From the IMG/VR virus record IMGVR_UViG_3300032030_002802, positions 96,001-160,000 of that record: 64,000 bases of DNA; one strand, written 5' to 3'. The notes beneath the pieces are model-generated. The model saw nothing but the letters and a program-made list of their open reading frames with translations. It was not told where the DNA came from and did not search any database. The position numbers and the translations under genes are program-made. Positions 26,937-37,109 of this stretch are shown here, piece by piece; the first letter of the stretch is position 1, and every line of letters begins with the position of its first letter. The DNA comes from a virus. Its lineage: Duplodnaviria; Caudoviricetes.

Positions 26937-29255
26937 TTACGACGCGGGAACCTCGACCAGGTTCCACCGCAGGCTCATGAACCCTATCGGGGCGGTGTAC
27001 GCCGTCCCGGACGTCGCGCACCGCTGTATGGCGATCCCGACGAAATAGCCCGGATACACTACGACCGGAGTACCGTTCGAGGCCTTGAGCCACAGCACCG
27101 AGTGGGCCCGGCGCTGCGGCGTGTCCGTGTCCGGGAGGACCAGCTGCCCCGGGCCCGAACCGTCCGCGCTCGTGCGGAAACCGTGGATGAGCACTGGGTC
27201 GAACGCCGTGTACGAGTCGTCGAACGCCACGTTGACGACCGCGGCGTCCCCGTACAGGCCCCTCACCGGGCTCGCGATGCTGCCCGCGAATCCGGCGGCC
27301 GGGGCGGCGGCGGAGCAGGCCTGGTCCGCCAGCGTGTAGTTGACGAGGCTGAACGCGGCCGTCCTCTCGGAGGTGCTGTCCGCCTCGCCGAACACCGACG
27401 CCGACACGACCACGTAGTAGCCGCGGCCGGCGTTGTACGGTATGTGGTCCGGGACGCGGAATTTGGCCGTGAACCCCGAATCGACGTTCGTACCCGTGCC
27501 CCACCCGAGGAGCTTGGTGTACGGGAACACGCCGCCAGCGAGGTCCTGCTTGGCGTTCCTGAGGGCGATGGTCTCGAAGTCGCCCGCGTAGACCGCGTTC
27601 GACGCCGATATCTGGACCGTGCCCTGCTCCCGGTTGACGGAGAGTCCGGGTCCGGCCACTATGCGCTCGACGACCGGCCCGGTGACGAACGTGGTGCCGT
27701 TGATTTGCTTCACGACCTGAAACCCGGGCGCGTTGCCCTCCGACGACTTGAAGTCGACGTCCAGCCCGATCTGCAGCGCGCCCTGCACGGCGCTCTCGCC
27801 GGTCAGGGCGCTCGTCACCCTCAGCGGCGACCCCGGGGCCGCCTGCAGCGACGTGACGAAACCGGTGGGGCCGACGAGCATCCTGCCGACGTGGAGCACT
27901 ATGTCGCGCATCTTGGCCGGCTCGGTGTTGCCGTCGTGGATCCACGGCACCGTGGCGCTCGTGCCGTCGCCGACCGAACTGTCGTTCGTCCACACGAGCC
28001 ACGGACCGCCGCTGCCGTCGGGGCCGTCGATGCGCCACTGCCGCCTGTCCGCCGGGAACTCCGGTCCGCGCAGCTCCGCTCCCCCGACGACCAGCGCGGC
28101 GCTGTTGGCCGGAACCGGCGGGACGAACCGCGCCATGGCCGGGTACATCCCCAGGTTGAGCTTGAACCCGCCGGCCGTGTTCTTCACCCACCCGCGCGCG
28201 TCGTCCGGCATGGTCACGTCCCACGACTGGCCCGCGGCGGCGCTGGGGGACATGTTCGACGTACGGCCGAAGACCACCGTCAGCCCGTAGCTGCCTACGG
28301 ACATGATGCCCGTGTACTTGCTGGCCTCCGTGGTCCCCGCGGCGGAGGCGAGGCCTCCGAGCGGCACGCTCTTGACCACCGTGCCGCCCTCCTTCACCTC
28401 CACGCTGTACCCGCCCCAGTCGTCGCCGGAACCGGTCACCGTGAACGTGTACGCGACCTGCCGGTCCGCAAGCTCCTTTGGCGGCGCCCAGGCCCCGTAC
28501 AGGTACATGTGCAGCAGGCCGGGCGTGGTGCCGTCCCCCGACGGCACCTGCTGGACGCCGCCGACCTTGGGCAGGTGGCCCTGCACCGCGTACTTGCCCG
28601 TCGCCGCGGTCAGCACGCTGTAGCCGCCCTGCGGCTTCCAGTCGAGGACGAACGACCTGTGGACGTGGGACTCGCCCGTGTCGCGGTACTGCGGGCTGAC
28701 GATCATGCTGGTGACCCTGCCGTTCTCGACGTGGCAGTCGCAGACGTATATGACCGGACCCGCCGGCCCGGCCGTCAGCTTGCCCGCCGCCACGCTGGAG
28801 AGGTAGTAGCGCCCGCTTTCCGGATTGGCGTCGGCTATGACGTCGGAGACGGGGACGCCCCCGCCGGCGACGCCGCTGAAATCGACGTAGCCGCACAGCA
28901 CCACCGTGCCGTAGCCTTCGCCCTTCTTCTCGCCGACCACGCCTACGGCCATCGCGTTGGCCGCGGCGTAGAACCACGCGTTGTTCCCCGCGTCACCGCG
29001 CGCGGCGGCATACGTCCCGTCCGGCGTGCGGTACACCACCTGCCCGACCTTCGGATTAGGGTCAGTGGCCAGGTGCGCGTCGACTACCGTCAACTTGGCA
29101 TGGTCGACCTGCTGCAGCAGTCTCCTCAGATGCTCCGTGCGGGCAGCGAGCTGCTGCAGCGGGGTGTTGAGGACCTCCGCGTTGACGTGGTCCCCGTCGG
29201 CGAAACTCGTCACGTCCGGCCAAGTCGGCTGCGCATTTATGGGTTCTCCTGCCAT
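26937..29255 (-). CDS. tail fibre/baseplate-attached structural protein
   Basis: N-terminal FADGDHVNAEVLNTPLQQLAARTEHLR is typical of fibre attachment domains; beta-rich; downstream of baseplate genes. Confidence 0.7.
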   Translation of the reverse strand: MAGEPINAQPTWPDVTSFADGDHVNAEVLNTPLQQLAARTEHLRRLLQQVDHAKLTVVDAHLATDPNPKVGQVVYRTPDGTYAAARGDAGNNAWFYAAANAMAVGVVGEKKGEGYGTVVLCGYVDFSGVAGGGVPVSDVIADANPESGRYYLSSVAAGKLTAGPAGPVIYVCDCHVENGRVTSMIVSPQYRDTGESHVHRSFVLDWKPQGGYSVLTAATGKYAVQGHLPKVGGVQQVPSGDGTTPGLLHMYLYGAWAPPKELADRQVAYTFTVTGSGDDWGGYSVEVKEGGTVVKSVPLGGLASAAGTTEASKYTGIMSVGSYGLTVVFGRTSNMSPSAAAGQSWDVTMPDDARGWVKNTAGGFKLNLGMYPAMARFVPPVPANSAALVVGGAELRGPEFPADRRQWRIDGPDGSGGPWLVWTNDSSVGDGTSATVPWIHDGNTEPAKMRDIVLHVGRMLVGPTGFVTSLQAAPGSPLRVTSALTGESAVQGALQIGLDVDFKSSEGNAPGFQVVKQINGTTFVTGPVVERIVAGPGLSVNREQGTVQISASNAVYAGDFETIALRNAKQDLAGGVFPYTKLLGWGTGTNVDSGFTAKFRVPDHIPYNAGRGYYVVVSASVFGEADSTSERTAAFSLVNYTLADQACSAAAPAAGFAGSIASPVRGLYGDAAVVNVAFDDSYTAFDPVLIHGFRTSADGSGPGQLVLPDTDTPQRRAHSVLWLKASNGTPVVVYPGYFVGIAIQRCATSGTAYTAPIGFMSLRWNLVEVPAS

Positions 29256-29270
29256 TGCATGCCTCCTCCG

Positions 29271-29774
29271 TTAGATGAACGTCACCGCCCACGACACCGA
29301 AAACGCGTAGCCCGCGTTCTGTACGACGGGCTCCGGGAAGCGCTTGACGGCCAGGACCTTCCCGGACGCGTCCTTCAGGAGCACCCCGTACACGTACGAG
29401 GCCACGTCGATGCCCGGCCTCGCGGCGCTGAACGTCACGACGTTCCCGGAATACTCCGGGCCGCTGGCCTCGTACCGGCGGTTGTTGTCAATGTACTGGT
29501 CGTGGACCTGCAGGCCCGTACCGACGAGCTCCTCCTGCGTCTTGGCCGTGCGGTCGTCGGCCGTGAAGTCGAAGCTCGCCGCGCGGCTCTCGTCCGGCGC
29601 GTGCACGAACCCGACGATGGCCGGCCTGTTGACAAAAAGCCCGCCGAATAGGCCCGCCACCGCGTCCGCACAGTTGAACAGCAGCGTGTTCGCCCCGTGC
29701 ACAACGCGCTCGACGCGTCCGTCGGGCGCTATGAGGGACGCGTCGACGCAGCCTTTCATTGTAATCTTCACCAT
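29271..29774 (-). CDS. baseplate/tail-collar-like protein
   Basis: MVKITMKG...GANTLL...VLAVKRFPEPVVQ...SVSWAVTF pattern; GGAGG RBS. Confidence 0.65.
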   Translation of the reverse strand: MVKITMKGCVDASLIAPDGRVERVVHGANTLLFNCADAVAGLFGGLFVNRPAIVGFVHAPDESRAASFDFTADDRTAKTQEELVGTGLQVHDQYIDNNRRYEASGPEYSGNVVTFSAARPGIDVASYVYGVLLKDASGKVLAVKRFPEPVVQNAGYAFSVSWAVTFI

Positions 29775-29776
29775 GT

Positions 29777-31834
29777 TTACACCTCCGTTACTGGGTCTGG
29801 GATAAATCTGACCGCGACATCGTCCGACGCCGCCTCCATCCGCGAACCGGCCTCCGCGCACGCACGCAGCTCGAACCCGACGTCGTCGCTCATCGCCACC
29901 GATGAGTCCGGCGGCGCGGGTGAGCGCCCGACGTCAGCGGCCCGCGCGGCATCTGCCGCCGCGACTGACGACGCCCCCGCTATATTCTCCGTCCGCACCA
30001 CCTGCACCGACCCTGTGGACGGCATCAGGCGCCGCAGCACGTCCAGTGCGTACTCGGAGCACATGCCGGGGAGCGGGTCCCTTGTCGTGTAGACGAGCAC
30101 CGTGTTGGCGAGGGCCAGGTAGCCAAGCGCACGGAGCGGGTTGACGGTCGACTTGATTCCGGCCGGAAGCTGGTCAGTCCGGTACACGCTGACCCTGGAG
30201 AATACGGCTGAACTGGCGCTATGGAAGAACAGGGCCATGTACCGGGCGTTAGACGGGGCCGTGACAGCGCGTGACACGCCTTGATCCGTCGCAACGCCTG
30301 ACGACTCAGACGCGCCCGAGCTGACATACGCGCCATCGGCGTCGAAGAAAAGCCACCACAGCGCGCCCGTGCCCGCGACATCGCACGACGCCGTGTAGCT
30401 GACGCCGCCGACGACCGGGAACCCCATCATCCCCGACGCCGCAAGCGACGTACGGGCCCACTTCGTGTATATGTTCCCGGCGCTAGACGTCCGTCGGAGG
30501 GTGATTGTCCGCGCATAGACGTCCACCGTCACCGTCCCCGTGTCGGCATACGGCTTGCACGCGGTCTTGTGCGCCGCGAAGTCGCACAGGCTGAACAGGT
30601 TGGCGTGCCACTCGCGGCCGGAAAGGGACGCGCACAGGCGCCTCCGCGACTCGGCGGTCGTGCGCGCCGCGACGGCGGTCCAAAGCGCCGACGAACTGCT
30701 GTCGTCGCCGTTGACCGGAAACCACGGATCGTCGTCATGGCCGGACGGGAGCTCGCGCACGGGCATGTCGGCGTTCGCCAGCTCGACGTCCGCGTCCACG
30801 CCCGCCACGCTGCCGGCCGGAAGCACCAGGCTCGTCAGCCTGCCGCCGTCGATCAGCGACTCCACCTCGTCCTTCGACAGCCCGTGGTACACCGCGATCT
30901 CGTCGGTCAGGAACGTGCCGGCCGGCAGGCTGGCGCCGGCCACGACGCACGCGGCCCTGACGGCCGGCGGGACCTGGTAGACGGCGGCGTCCGTGACGAC
31001 CGTGTCGACGCCGTCGTGCGTGCCGACGCTCTCCACGACCGAGTCGCGGGCGAGGACCGGGATGCCGAACAGGGCCCCGAGCAGCTTGTTGAGGTGCAGC
31101 GGCGTAAGCCCGTACACGACCGCGTCCCACATGGCCGACAGCATGCGCGCGGATTCGGGTGTCGACTTGACGTCGAAGCCGAGCGGGTAGCCGAGGAAGT
31201 CCCCGACGTGGTCCCTGTCGAACCCCGCGTCGCACAGCCACAGGAGGGCGACGCGGTCGTCGCCCTCCTCGACGACACGGTAGCCGCCGGCCTCGAACGG
31301 GTCGTGCTCCTTGCGGACGAGCAGCACGCCGCCGCGCAGCTCGAAGTCGCGCCCGGAGACGAGGACGTGCTCCGGCTCGGCGATCGAGTCGCAGATGCAG
31401 GTGCCGACCGACACGAGGCCGCCGCGCGTGGCGGGGTCGAGCGGGTACGTGTTGACCTTGCTGAACTCCGCGTTACCGCCCACGACGAACACCTCGTCCG
31501 GCCTGAATATGGTCCCCGGCGGCTGCGGACCAAGCTGCGGGTCGCCCTCCATCCCGAGGACGAGTCCGCAGCCGGTGTTGCGCTCGGACAGGCGGACAAG
31601 GAGAGGATGCCAGTGCTCGCGGTGGAACGTCGGCATGTTCGCGTGGTCGCGGAGGCTGAGCGCCTCCATGGCGTCGATGTAGGCCTGGCACGCGGACAGC
31701 ACCCGCGCGGACACCGTCGCGTCAACGAGCTCCTGGTCGCGGAACACGGTCGACCAGAACGCGCCGAGCGCCTCCTTCACGGAGGCCCCCGTGCCTGAAT
31801 GCAGCACGGGCGGTATCGTGGCGTCGTGCCTCAT
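29777..31834 (-). CDS. baseplate wedge protein with inserted carbohydrate-binding-like domain
   Basis: Follows baseplate J with ATGA coupling. Start MRHDATI. Insert at about 30180..30605. Confidence 0.65.
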   Translation of the reverse strand: MRHDATIPPVLHSGTGASVKEALGAFWSTVFRDQELVDATVSARVLSACQAYIDAMEALSLRDHANMPTFHREHWHPLLVRLSERNTGCGLVLGMEGDPQLGPQPPGTIFRPDEVFVVGGNAEFSKVNTYPLDPATRGGLVSVGTCICDSIAEPEHVLVSGRDFELRGGVLLVRKEHDPFEAGGYRVVEEGDDRVALLWLCDAGFDRDHVGDFLGYPLGFDVKSTPESARMLSAMWDAVVYGLTPLHLNKLLGALFGIPVLARDSVVESVGTHDGVDTVVTDAAVYQVPPAVRAACVVAGASLPAGTFLTDEIAVYHGLSKDEVESLIDGGRLTSLVLPAGSVAGVDADVELANADMPVRELPSGHDDDPWFPVNGDDSSSSALWTAVAARTTAESRRRLCASLSGREWHANLFSLCDFAAHKTACKPYADTGTVTVDVYARTITLRRTSSAGNIYTKWARTSLAASGMMGFPVVGGVSYTASCDVAGTGALWWLFFDADGAYVSSGASESSGVATDQGVSRAVTAPSNARYMALFFHSASSAVFSRVSVYRTDQLPAGIKSTVNPLRALGYLALANTVLVYTTRDPLPGMCSEYALDVLRRLMPSTGSVQVVRTENIAGASSVAAADAARAADVGRSPAPPDSSVAMSDDVGFELRACAEAGSRMEAASDDVAVRFIPDPVTEV

Positions 31835-33447
31835 CCCACCTCCACCTGGATCGCCCCGGGTTCTGCCGCGAACACGACCGTCTCGCTCGTGAGCATCGCC
31901 CTGTCGGGCCCGACGGCCGTGACGTCGAGCGAGTCGCCCTCGAGGAAATACCACTTTCCGTCCGCGCCGCAGAGGCGGCCGGACAGCCTCATTCCGCCCG
32001 GACTGAGGTCGACGCTCTCGACCCCGTGCTGCAGCAGGACGTTCGCGAGCTCGGACCGCGTCAGACGCGGCACGAAGCTCCTGCCGTTGACGTAGGCCGC
32101 CACCGCGTCGTTCAGCGCCTCCGGATCCAGGGACAGCCCCGCCTTCGGCTTGACCGTCGCTGACATGCCGACGAAGCAGATCGCCGGCGAGCGGACCACG
32201 TAGTCCGCCGCCACGTTCCGCACCTCGGGGGAGTCGACCAGGGCCTGCAGCGCCTCGATCCCGTCGGTCCAGTACAGGTCGACCTTGAACGACGCCGTCG
32301 GGCCGCGGTCCTCGTACACCGTGGCCACGACCGACCCGTCCTGGTACGCGGACCACGCCGTCTCGCAGCTGTCGGCGGACACGTCGAAGTCGTGGTCTGC
32401 GGACGCCCCCTCCACCGTCCCGCGCCGCAGCTCGTACTGAAGCGACCCGCGGCGGCCGGGCTCGCTGTCGGACTGCCCGACATACCGGACCGCGTAGAAA
32501 CCCGGATAGCGCGGAAGGTCGATCCGGTACAGATACACGGTCTGCGCGGGCTCGAGCCCGTCCTCGTCCGTGCCGACCTTCACGCCGTCCGCTATGAACG
32601 AGACGACGCCCGGCGCGTCGAACAGCCGCGCATACACGTCGACTCGGCCGCCGACCGCGATGCCGAGGACATTGTGCTTGTCGCGCAGCTGGGCGCGGCT
32701 GCGGTGGCCGGCGCACGACACGGCGCGGAGCAGCGACGGGTCGCCGAGCGCCGTCGACAGCTGCGCCCTGACGCTGAGGGAGTTGGTCATGCCCCTGTAC
32801 GCGAGGGCCGACGGTATGCGGGCCACGGCGGCCGCGACGCTCTCGCCATCCTCGCCGCCGGTGAAGTCGGAAAACGCCTCGGACGAGTAGTAGTTGCCGA
32901 GCGTTACCGAGCAGCTGAGGGCGTGGCCCTGCTGGATGTTGCCGTCCGAGCCCACCTCCTCGGCATCGGCCGGCACCACGAAGTAGTAGCGCCCGTCGCC
33001 GGTCGAATGGATCCTGGCCTCGTCGTCGGCCGAGTCGACGGACGCGGTCACGGTCTTCGTGGCGACGAAACGGCGGCTGGACTCGTCCGTAAACACGACG
33101 CCGGCGCGGATCGTGGCCGGCGTGGTGCTGATGAGGGTGACCCGCACGAGCCCCGACGCCTTCGTGCCGCCGCCGAGCTCTATGCCGAAGTTCGACAGGA
33201 CGGCCTCGGCGTCCTCGCGCGGGACCGTGGCCTCGCGCGACATGGCCCTGAGGGACATCGCCGTCTTCAGCCGGTTGACCTCGTCGCGCTGCATGGCGTC
33301 GAGGAGCGCCCCGGGCTCGATGACAAGCGACCTGAGCGCCGTGCCTGCGCGCAGGTCGAGGTCCGGGTGCTTCGCCCGGACCCTGTCGATCGCGGCCGCC
33401 AGGGCCGTGTCGTAGGCGTCAGCCTTCATTGTCGCTATCGTCGTCAT
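31831..33447 (-). CDS. baseplate J-like wedge protein
   Basis: DLRAGTALRSLVI...GTKASGLVRV...IRAGVVF...GSDGNI...FTGGEDGES...GGRVDVY. Confidence 0.88.
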   Translation of the reverse strand: MTTIATMKADAYDTALAAAIDRVRAKHPDLDLRAGTALRSLVIEPGALLDAMQRDEVNRLKTAMSLRAMSREATVPREDAEAVLSNFGIELGGGTKASGLVRVTLISTTPATIRAGVVFTDESSRRFVATKTVTASVDSADDEARIHSTGDGRYYFVVPADAEEVGSDGNIQQGHALSCSVTLGNYYSSEAFSDFTGGEDGESVAAAVARIPSALAYRGMTNSLSVRAQLSTALGDPSLLRAVSCAGHRSRAQLRDKHNVLGIAVGGRVDVYARLFDAPGVVSFIADGVKVGTDEDGLEPAQTVYLYRIDLPRYPGFYAVRYVGQSDSEPGRRGSLQYELRRGTVEGASADHDFDVSADSCETAWSAYQDGSVVATVYEDRGPTASFKVDLYWTDGIEALQALVDSPEVRNVAADYVVRSPAICFVGMSATVKPKAGLSLDPEALNDAVAAYVNGRSFVPRLTRSELANVLLQHGVESVDLSPGGMRLSGRLCGADGKWYFLEGDSLDVTAVGPDRAMLTSETVVFAAEPGAIQVEVG

Positions 33448-33451
33448 GTCG

Positions 33452-33946
33452 TCATCCGCGTCTCGTCGTTATCGGTAGTACGTATCCGTAGTCGGACCCG
33501 GCCGCCGTCCTGAACGTCAGGGACAGCCCCAGCGTCGACGTGGCGTGGTCGATCGTCATGCCGTTCAGGGTGACGGACTCGACCCGCTCGTCGTCGGGCT
33601 GGTCTCCGAACAGGGACATATTATAGTCGTCCTTCCTCATAATGTCAAGGGCGACCGCGTTCGCCACGTTGAAGAGGTGCCTGAGGTACCCCGTGTTCGA
33701 CACGCTCCCGGACCGAAGGGCCGTGAACAGCATGTTGTCGTCCTCGGCCGGAAACGGGACCGAGTCGGACGGGGTGAGCAGCAGCGCCACGTACCTCTGT
33801 ATGGCCTTCTGTATGCCCGTCACCCGCCGCGACGAGCCGAGCACGGCCGTCAGCGACAGCTCAGTTGTGTCGACCGGGTCGGCTATCGTCTGCAGGCACT
33901 CGAGGTCGACCTGCCTGCCTTTGTAGTCCTGCGTCACTCCGTTCAT
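33452..33946 (-). CDS. gp25/GpW-like baseplate wedge (sheath initiator) protein
   Basis: VTGIQKAIQRYVALLLTP...PDDERVESV; size and position immediately upstream of J. Confidence 0.65.
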   Translation of the reverse strand: MNGVTQDYKGRQVDLECLQTIADPVDTTELSLTAVLGSSRRVTGIQKAIQRYVALLLTPSDSVPFPAEDDNMLFTALRSGSVSNTGYLRHLFNVANAVALDIMRKDDYNMSLFGDQPDDERVESVTLNGMTIDHATSTLGLSLTFRTAAGSDYGYVLPITTRRG

Positions 33947-33957
33947 GACAGTGCTCC

Positions 33958-34344
33958 TTATGCCAGCGCCTCGGCGTGCGTGATCACCGTGTCCATCAGG
34001 CCGTCGAACAGCGCCGCGCCGTGCGCGGACATGACCCCGTGCCTGAACGGGGTCACGTCGGTGCAGACGTCGCCGTCCCACGACACGTACTGCTTCCTCA
34101 CCTCGCGGCGCAGGGCGCACACGTAGTCCAGGCGGACGTGGCTGGCGGCCCTGGCCGCCGCCGGGCCGGACGCGTAGTTGGCCGCGACCACGGCGTTCTC
34201 GGGGTCGGACGAGAACGCGCCGAGCATATCCCCGACGCTGCGCCACCGCTTCGTGAACCACGTGCCCGGCGAATCGCCGAGCAGCGACGAGATCTGGTCG
34301 TCGCGGTGCCCCTCCATGGCGTTCTTTGCGGCCTGGTAGCTCAT
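33958..34344 (-). CDS. hypothetical protein (128 aa)
   Basis: ATGA-coupled within the operon. Confidence 0.7.
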   Translation of the reverse strand: MSYQAAKNAMEGHRDDQISSLLGDSPGTWFTKRWRSVGDMLGAFSSDPENAVVAANYASGPAAARAASHVRLDYVCALRREVRKQYVSWDGDVCTDVTPFRHGVMSAHGAALFDGLMDTVITHAEALA

Positions 34345-35093
34345 GCGCCCATCCTCCCCGCCGTGTCGACGATGCGGCCTGCGATAGCGTTGGCACGCTG
34401 CGTCACAAGCGCCGGCGACACCTTCAGCAGCGACGCGATGTCCTGTCCGGACGAGACGCCCTGGCCGTGCGAGCCGGTGCGCATGTCGAAGATCCTGCGG
34501 TCGCGCTCGTCAAGCCCGTCGTACACCATGTCGGTCGCGGCCTGGACAGGGTTCGACCGGTAGACAGCGTAGTCGGGCGTGACGTCGTCATCGTCCGAGG
34601 TCGCCTGCGGCTCGTTCACGACGGCCGGGGTCATCTTCCGGACTTTCCGCAGCCGGGCGACGCTGATTCCCACCTCGTCGGCGAGCTCGTCGTCCGTCGG
34701 GTCGCGGCCGTGCTCGTCGACGAACGCGTCGCGGGCCTTGGCGACCGCGTACGCCTTGCGCGCGGCGTCCTCAGGCGCGTAGACCGGCTTGAGCGAGTTG
34801 TTGTAGCGCGACAGCGGCTGTAGCTGCGTCACGACCCAGCTGCGCAGCTGGGCCCCGCTAGATGGGTCGTAGCTGCGTATCGCCTTGACCGCCAGCGCGC
34901 GCGCCCGGCTCCGCAGGAGCGGCTTGGGGCCGCTGAACCGCTGGATCTCGGACGTGATCGTCGGGTCGAGGTCGTCGAGCACGGCCTTGAGGTTCTCCGG
35001 CGTAGGCGACTTCGCCCACGCCGAATACGCCGACGCCGTCGGCGACGCGGGCTTCGCGCCAGGCCTGACCAGTAGATCTGCGATGTCTGCCAT
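34341..35093 (-). CDS. phage sigma-70 family factor (FliA/SigF-like regions 2-4)
   Basis: KAIRSYDPSSGAQLRSWV (region 2), GRDPTDDELADEVGIS (region 3), LDERDRRIFDMR...QDIASLLKVSPALVTQ (region 4 HTH). Start MADIADLL with GGAGG. Confidence 0.85.
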   Translation of the reverse strand: MADIADLLVRPGAKPASPTASAYSAWAKSPTPENLKAVLDDLDPTITSEIQRFSGPKPLLRSRARALAVKAIRSYDPSSGAQLRSWVVTQLQPLSRYNNSLKPVYAPEDAARKAYAVAKARDAFVDEHGRDPTDDELADEVGISVARLRKVRKMTPAVVNEPQATSDDDDVTPDYAVYRSNPVQAATDMVYDGLDERDRRIFDMRTGSHGQGVSSGQDIASLLKVSPALVTQRANAIAGRIVDTAGRMGA

Positions 35094-35104
35094 GTTTCCT
35101 CCCG

Positions 35105-36646
35105 TCATGTGTAAAGTGCGTTGGACCCGGACGTGATGGCCGGGGGAAGGCCGCCGAACCTGGGGTGGGTGCACGTCACCCGCGTGACCGCGGCCCTGTT
35201 GGCCACGCTTATCGTGTGCTCGACGGAGTTGATGTAGCCGCCGACGACCTCCCCGGACCCGGACCTTATGCTCACCACGCGGCCCGGGCACAGCGTGCCG
35301 CCGGAGGAGAACATGAGCCGCGTCGCGACGTTGAAGGCCCAGTCCTTCATGTACGAAGTCTCGAAATACGCCTTGGCGCACAGCAGGGCCGCCCTCGCGT
35401 AGTCGACCGACGGCATGGAGCTCGTCGACCCGCTCAGCGCCATCGTGCCGCCGCGCGGAACCGTGGCGGCGCTGCTGAAGCTCCCGCCGCCGGCGGTCAC
35501 CGAGTCGGACTCGAACCTGGAGCGCAGGCCGGCCGCGCAGGACGCGGTGTGGACGAGCCACCCGGGCTCGGTGAACTGCTGGATCGGCCCGTACATGTAC
35601 TCGGCGTCCAGCTCGCTCTGCGGCACGTAGAACACGTCGACCGGCTTCACCCCCTCGCCGGCCTGCGCGCCCATGGCGTGGAAGCTGGTGAGCGAGTTGC
35701 CGCTGCTGAGGCCGGTCATGAAGTGGACCCCGGACAGCGGGGACGGGTCGGCCTGCGGGAAATCCAGGCTCAGGACGTCGCTGTCGTGTATCACAAGCGA
35801 CGCGTCGGCCCACGGGGTGAACGGCCCCAGCTCCAGCGCCCCCGCCGTGAAGTCGCCGCCGAGGGCCAGCGAGCACTCCGGCACGAGCCCGGACAGGAGG
35901 CCCTGCAGGACGCTGTTGCCGGCGGACGGCATGCCGTACGACGCGATGCCCATCCACAGCGCGCTGGTCCACGCCCCGAGCACGCTGTGCGCTGGCAGGC
36001 CGCCGCCGCGCCACGCCACGGAGGACTTGAGCGCCGACACCGCCGCGGACAGGTGGCGTATGAGCGCGGGCTCGACCTCGTACAGGCCGACGGCGCCGTC
36101 CACCGTGATCTGCGGCGGGGTGGACCGCGGGGCCTCGGCATACGCCTCGAGAGCGGCCGTGAAGATCTCGAGCGGGTTGCCGCCTGACACGCTCGACAGC
36201 ATCGGCGGGACCGACAGCATCCCCGGCATCGCGCCGCCGAGCTGCGCCCTGTACAGCGGATGGGCGAACGTCAGGGCGGCCGTGCACACCCCGCGCTGCT
36301 GCACCGGCGACAGGGCCGCGTCGACCAGCATCCACCCGTCGAGGTTCAGCGACTGGGATCCGCCCGCGCCGCCGACGGTCCGGCACGTCAGGGACAGCGA
36401 GAGGGACGCGCCGGAGGTCTTGACCATCGACCGGCACGTGTCGAATATGGCGCGAGCGTTGTCGAGCGACACCCCGTCCGCGGCGAAAGCCCCCGTCCCG
36501 TTGGAGTTGCCGCCGTCGACGAGAAGCGTGACCTGCGGCACGCCGTTGGCCCGGGCAAGCAGCTTCAGCTCGGTGATGGCGGAGATGTCGACGTCGCCGC
36601 ACGTCGCATGCACGTCCTCGAAGGACACGAGACACTGGTCGGCCAT
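35105..36646 (-). CDS. baseplate hub-like protein
   Basis: C-terminal LCPGRVVSI...GGYINSVEHTIS...TRV is typical of gp27/GpD hubs; position between tape measure and wedge. Confidence 0.6.
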   Translation of the reverse strand: MADQCLVSFEDVHATCGDVDISAITELKLLARANGVPQVTLLVDGGNSNGTGAFAADGVSLDNARAIFDTCRSMVKTSGASLSLSLTCRTVGGAGGSQSLNLDGWMLVDAALSPVQQRGVCTAALTFAHPLYRAQLGGAMPGMLSVPPMLSSVSGGNPLEIFTAALEAYAEAPRSTPPQITVDGAVGLYEVEPALIRHLSAAVSALKSSVAWRGGGLPAHSVLGAWTSALWMGIASYGMPSAGNSVLQGLLSGLVPECSLALGGDFTAGALELGPFTPWADASLVIHDSDVLSLDFPQADPSPLSGVHFMTGLSSGNSLTSFHAMGAQAGEGVKPVDVFYVPQSELDAEYMYGPIQQFTEPGWLVHTASCAAGLRSRFESDSVTAGGGSFSSAATVPRGGTMALSGSTSSMPSVDYARAALLCAKAYFETSYMKDWAFNVATRLMFSSGGTLCPGRVVSIRSGSGEVVGGYINSVEHTISVANRAAVTRVTCTHPRFGGLPPAITSGSNALYT

Positions 36647-37104
36647 CACCGCACCTCCCCGCCGAGAAGCCACCTGCGGTACGCGCAGGCGAGCAGGACG
36701 GCCCCGAGCGCGTACGGCGCGTCCGGACTCAGCGCCGCCTCGCGCATCTCGGCCAGGACGCCGGCGACGCCGGGGTCGTCCGAGTGGAACAGCCCCAGGA
36801 CGCTCCACCAGCCCTCGCCTGAAAGAACCCGGCCGCGCAGCCCGTCCGGCGACAGCTCGTCCGCGGACCGCGCGTACACGGACCCGCGCGCGGCCGGCGT
36901 GACGCGCTGGTCGAAGAAGCGGCGGAAGTACTGCAGGTCGGGGGCCATCGCGAGCGGGAGGACGCGGTCCACTGCGTCGCGAACCTGCGACTCCTGGCCC
37001 GCCGCGGCCGCGTCCACGCCGAACAGCCGCAGCACGGCGTCGGACGGGCCGTCGACGATGCCGCGCCGGTTCAGCAGCAGTGTCCTGACATGGTCTACCA
37101 TCAC
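36646..37104 (-). CDS. hypothetical protein (about 152 aa)
   Basis: GGAGGA RBS; TGATG coupling to the next gene. Confidence 0.7.
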   Translation of the reverse strand: MMVDHVRTLLLNRRGIVDGPSDAVLRLFGVDAAAAGQESQVRDAVDRVLPLAMAPDLQYFRRFFDQRVTPAARGSVYARSADELSPDGLRGRVLSGEGWWSVLGLFHSDDPGVAGVLAEMREAALSPDAPYALGAVLLACAYRRWLLGGEVR

Positions 37105-37109
37105 TCCTC

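Noticed and set aside
34341-36635. 764-aa ORF as a single protein
   Set aside because: Only 34341..35093 (the sigma factor) is protein-like. The rest is an alternative frame of the hub gene.
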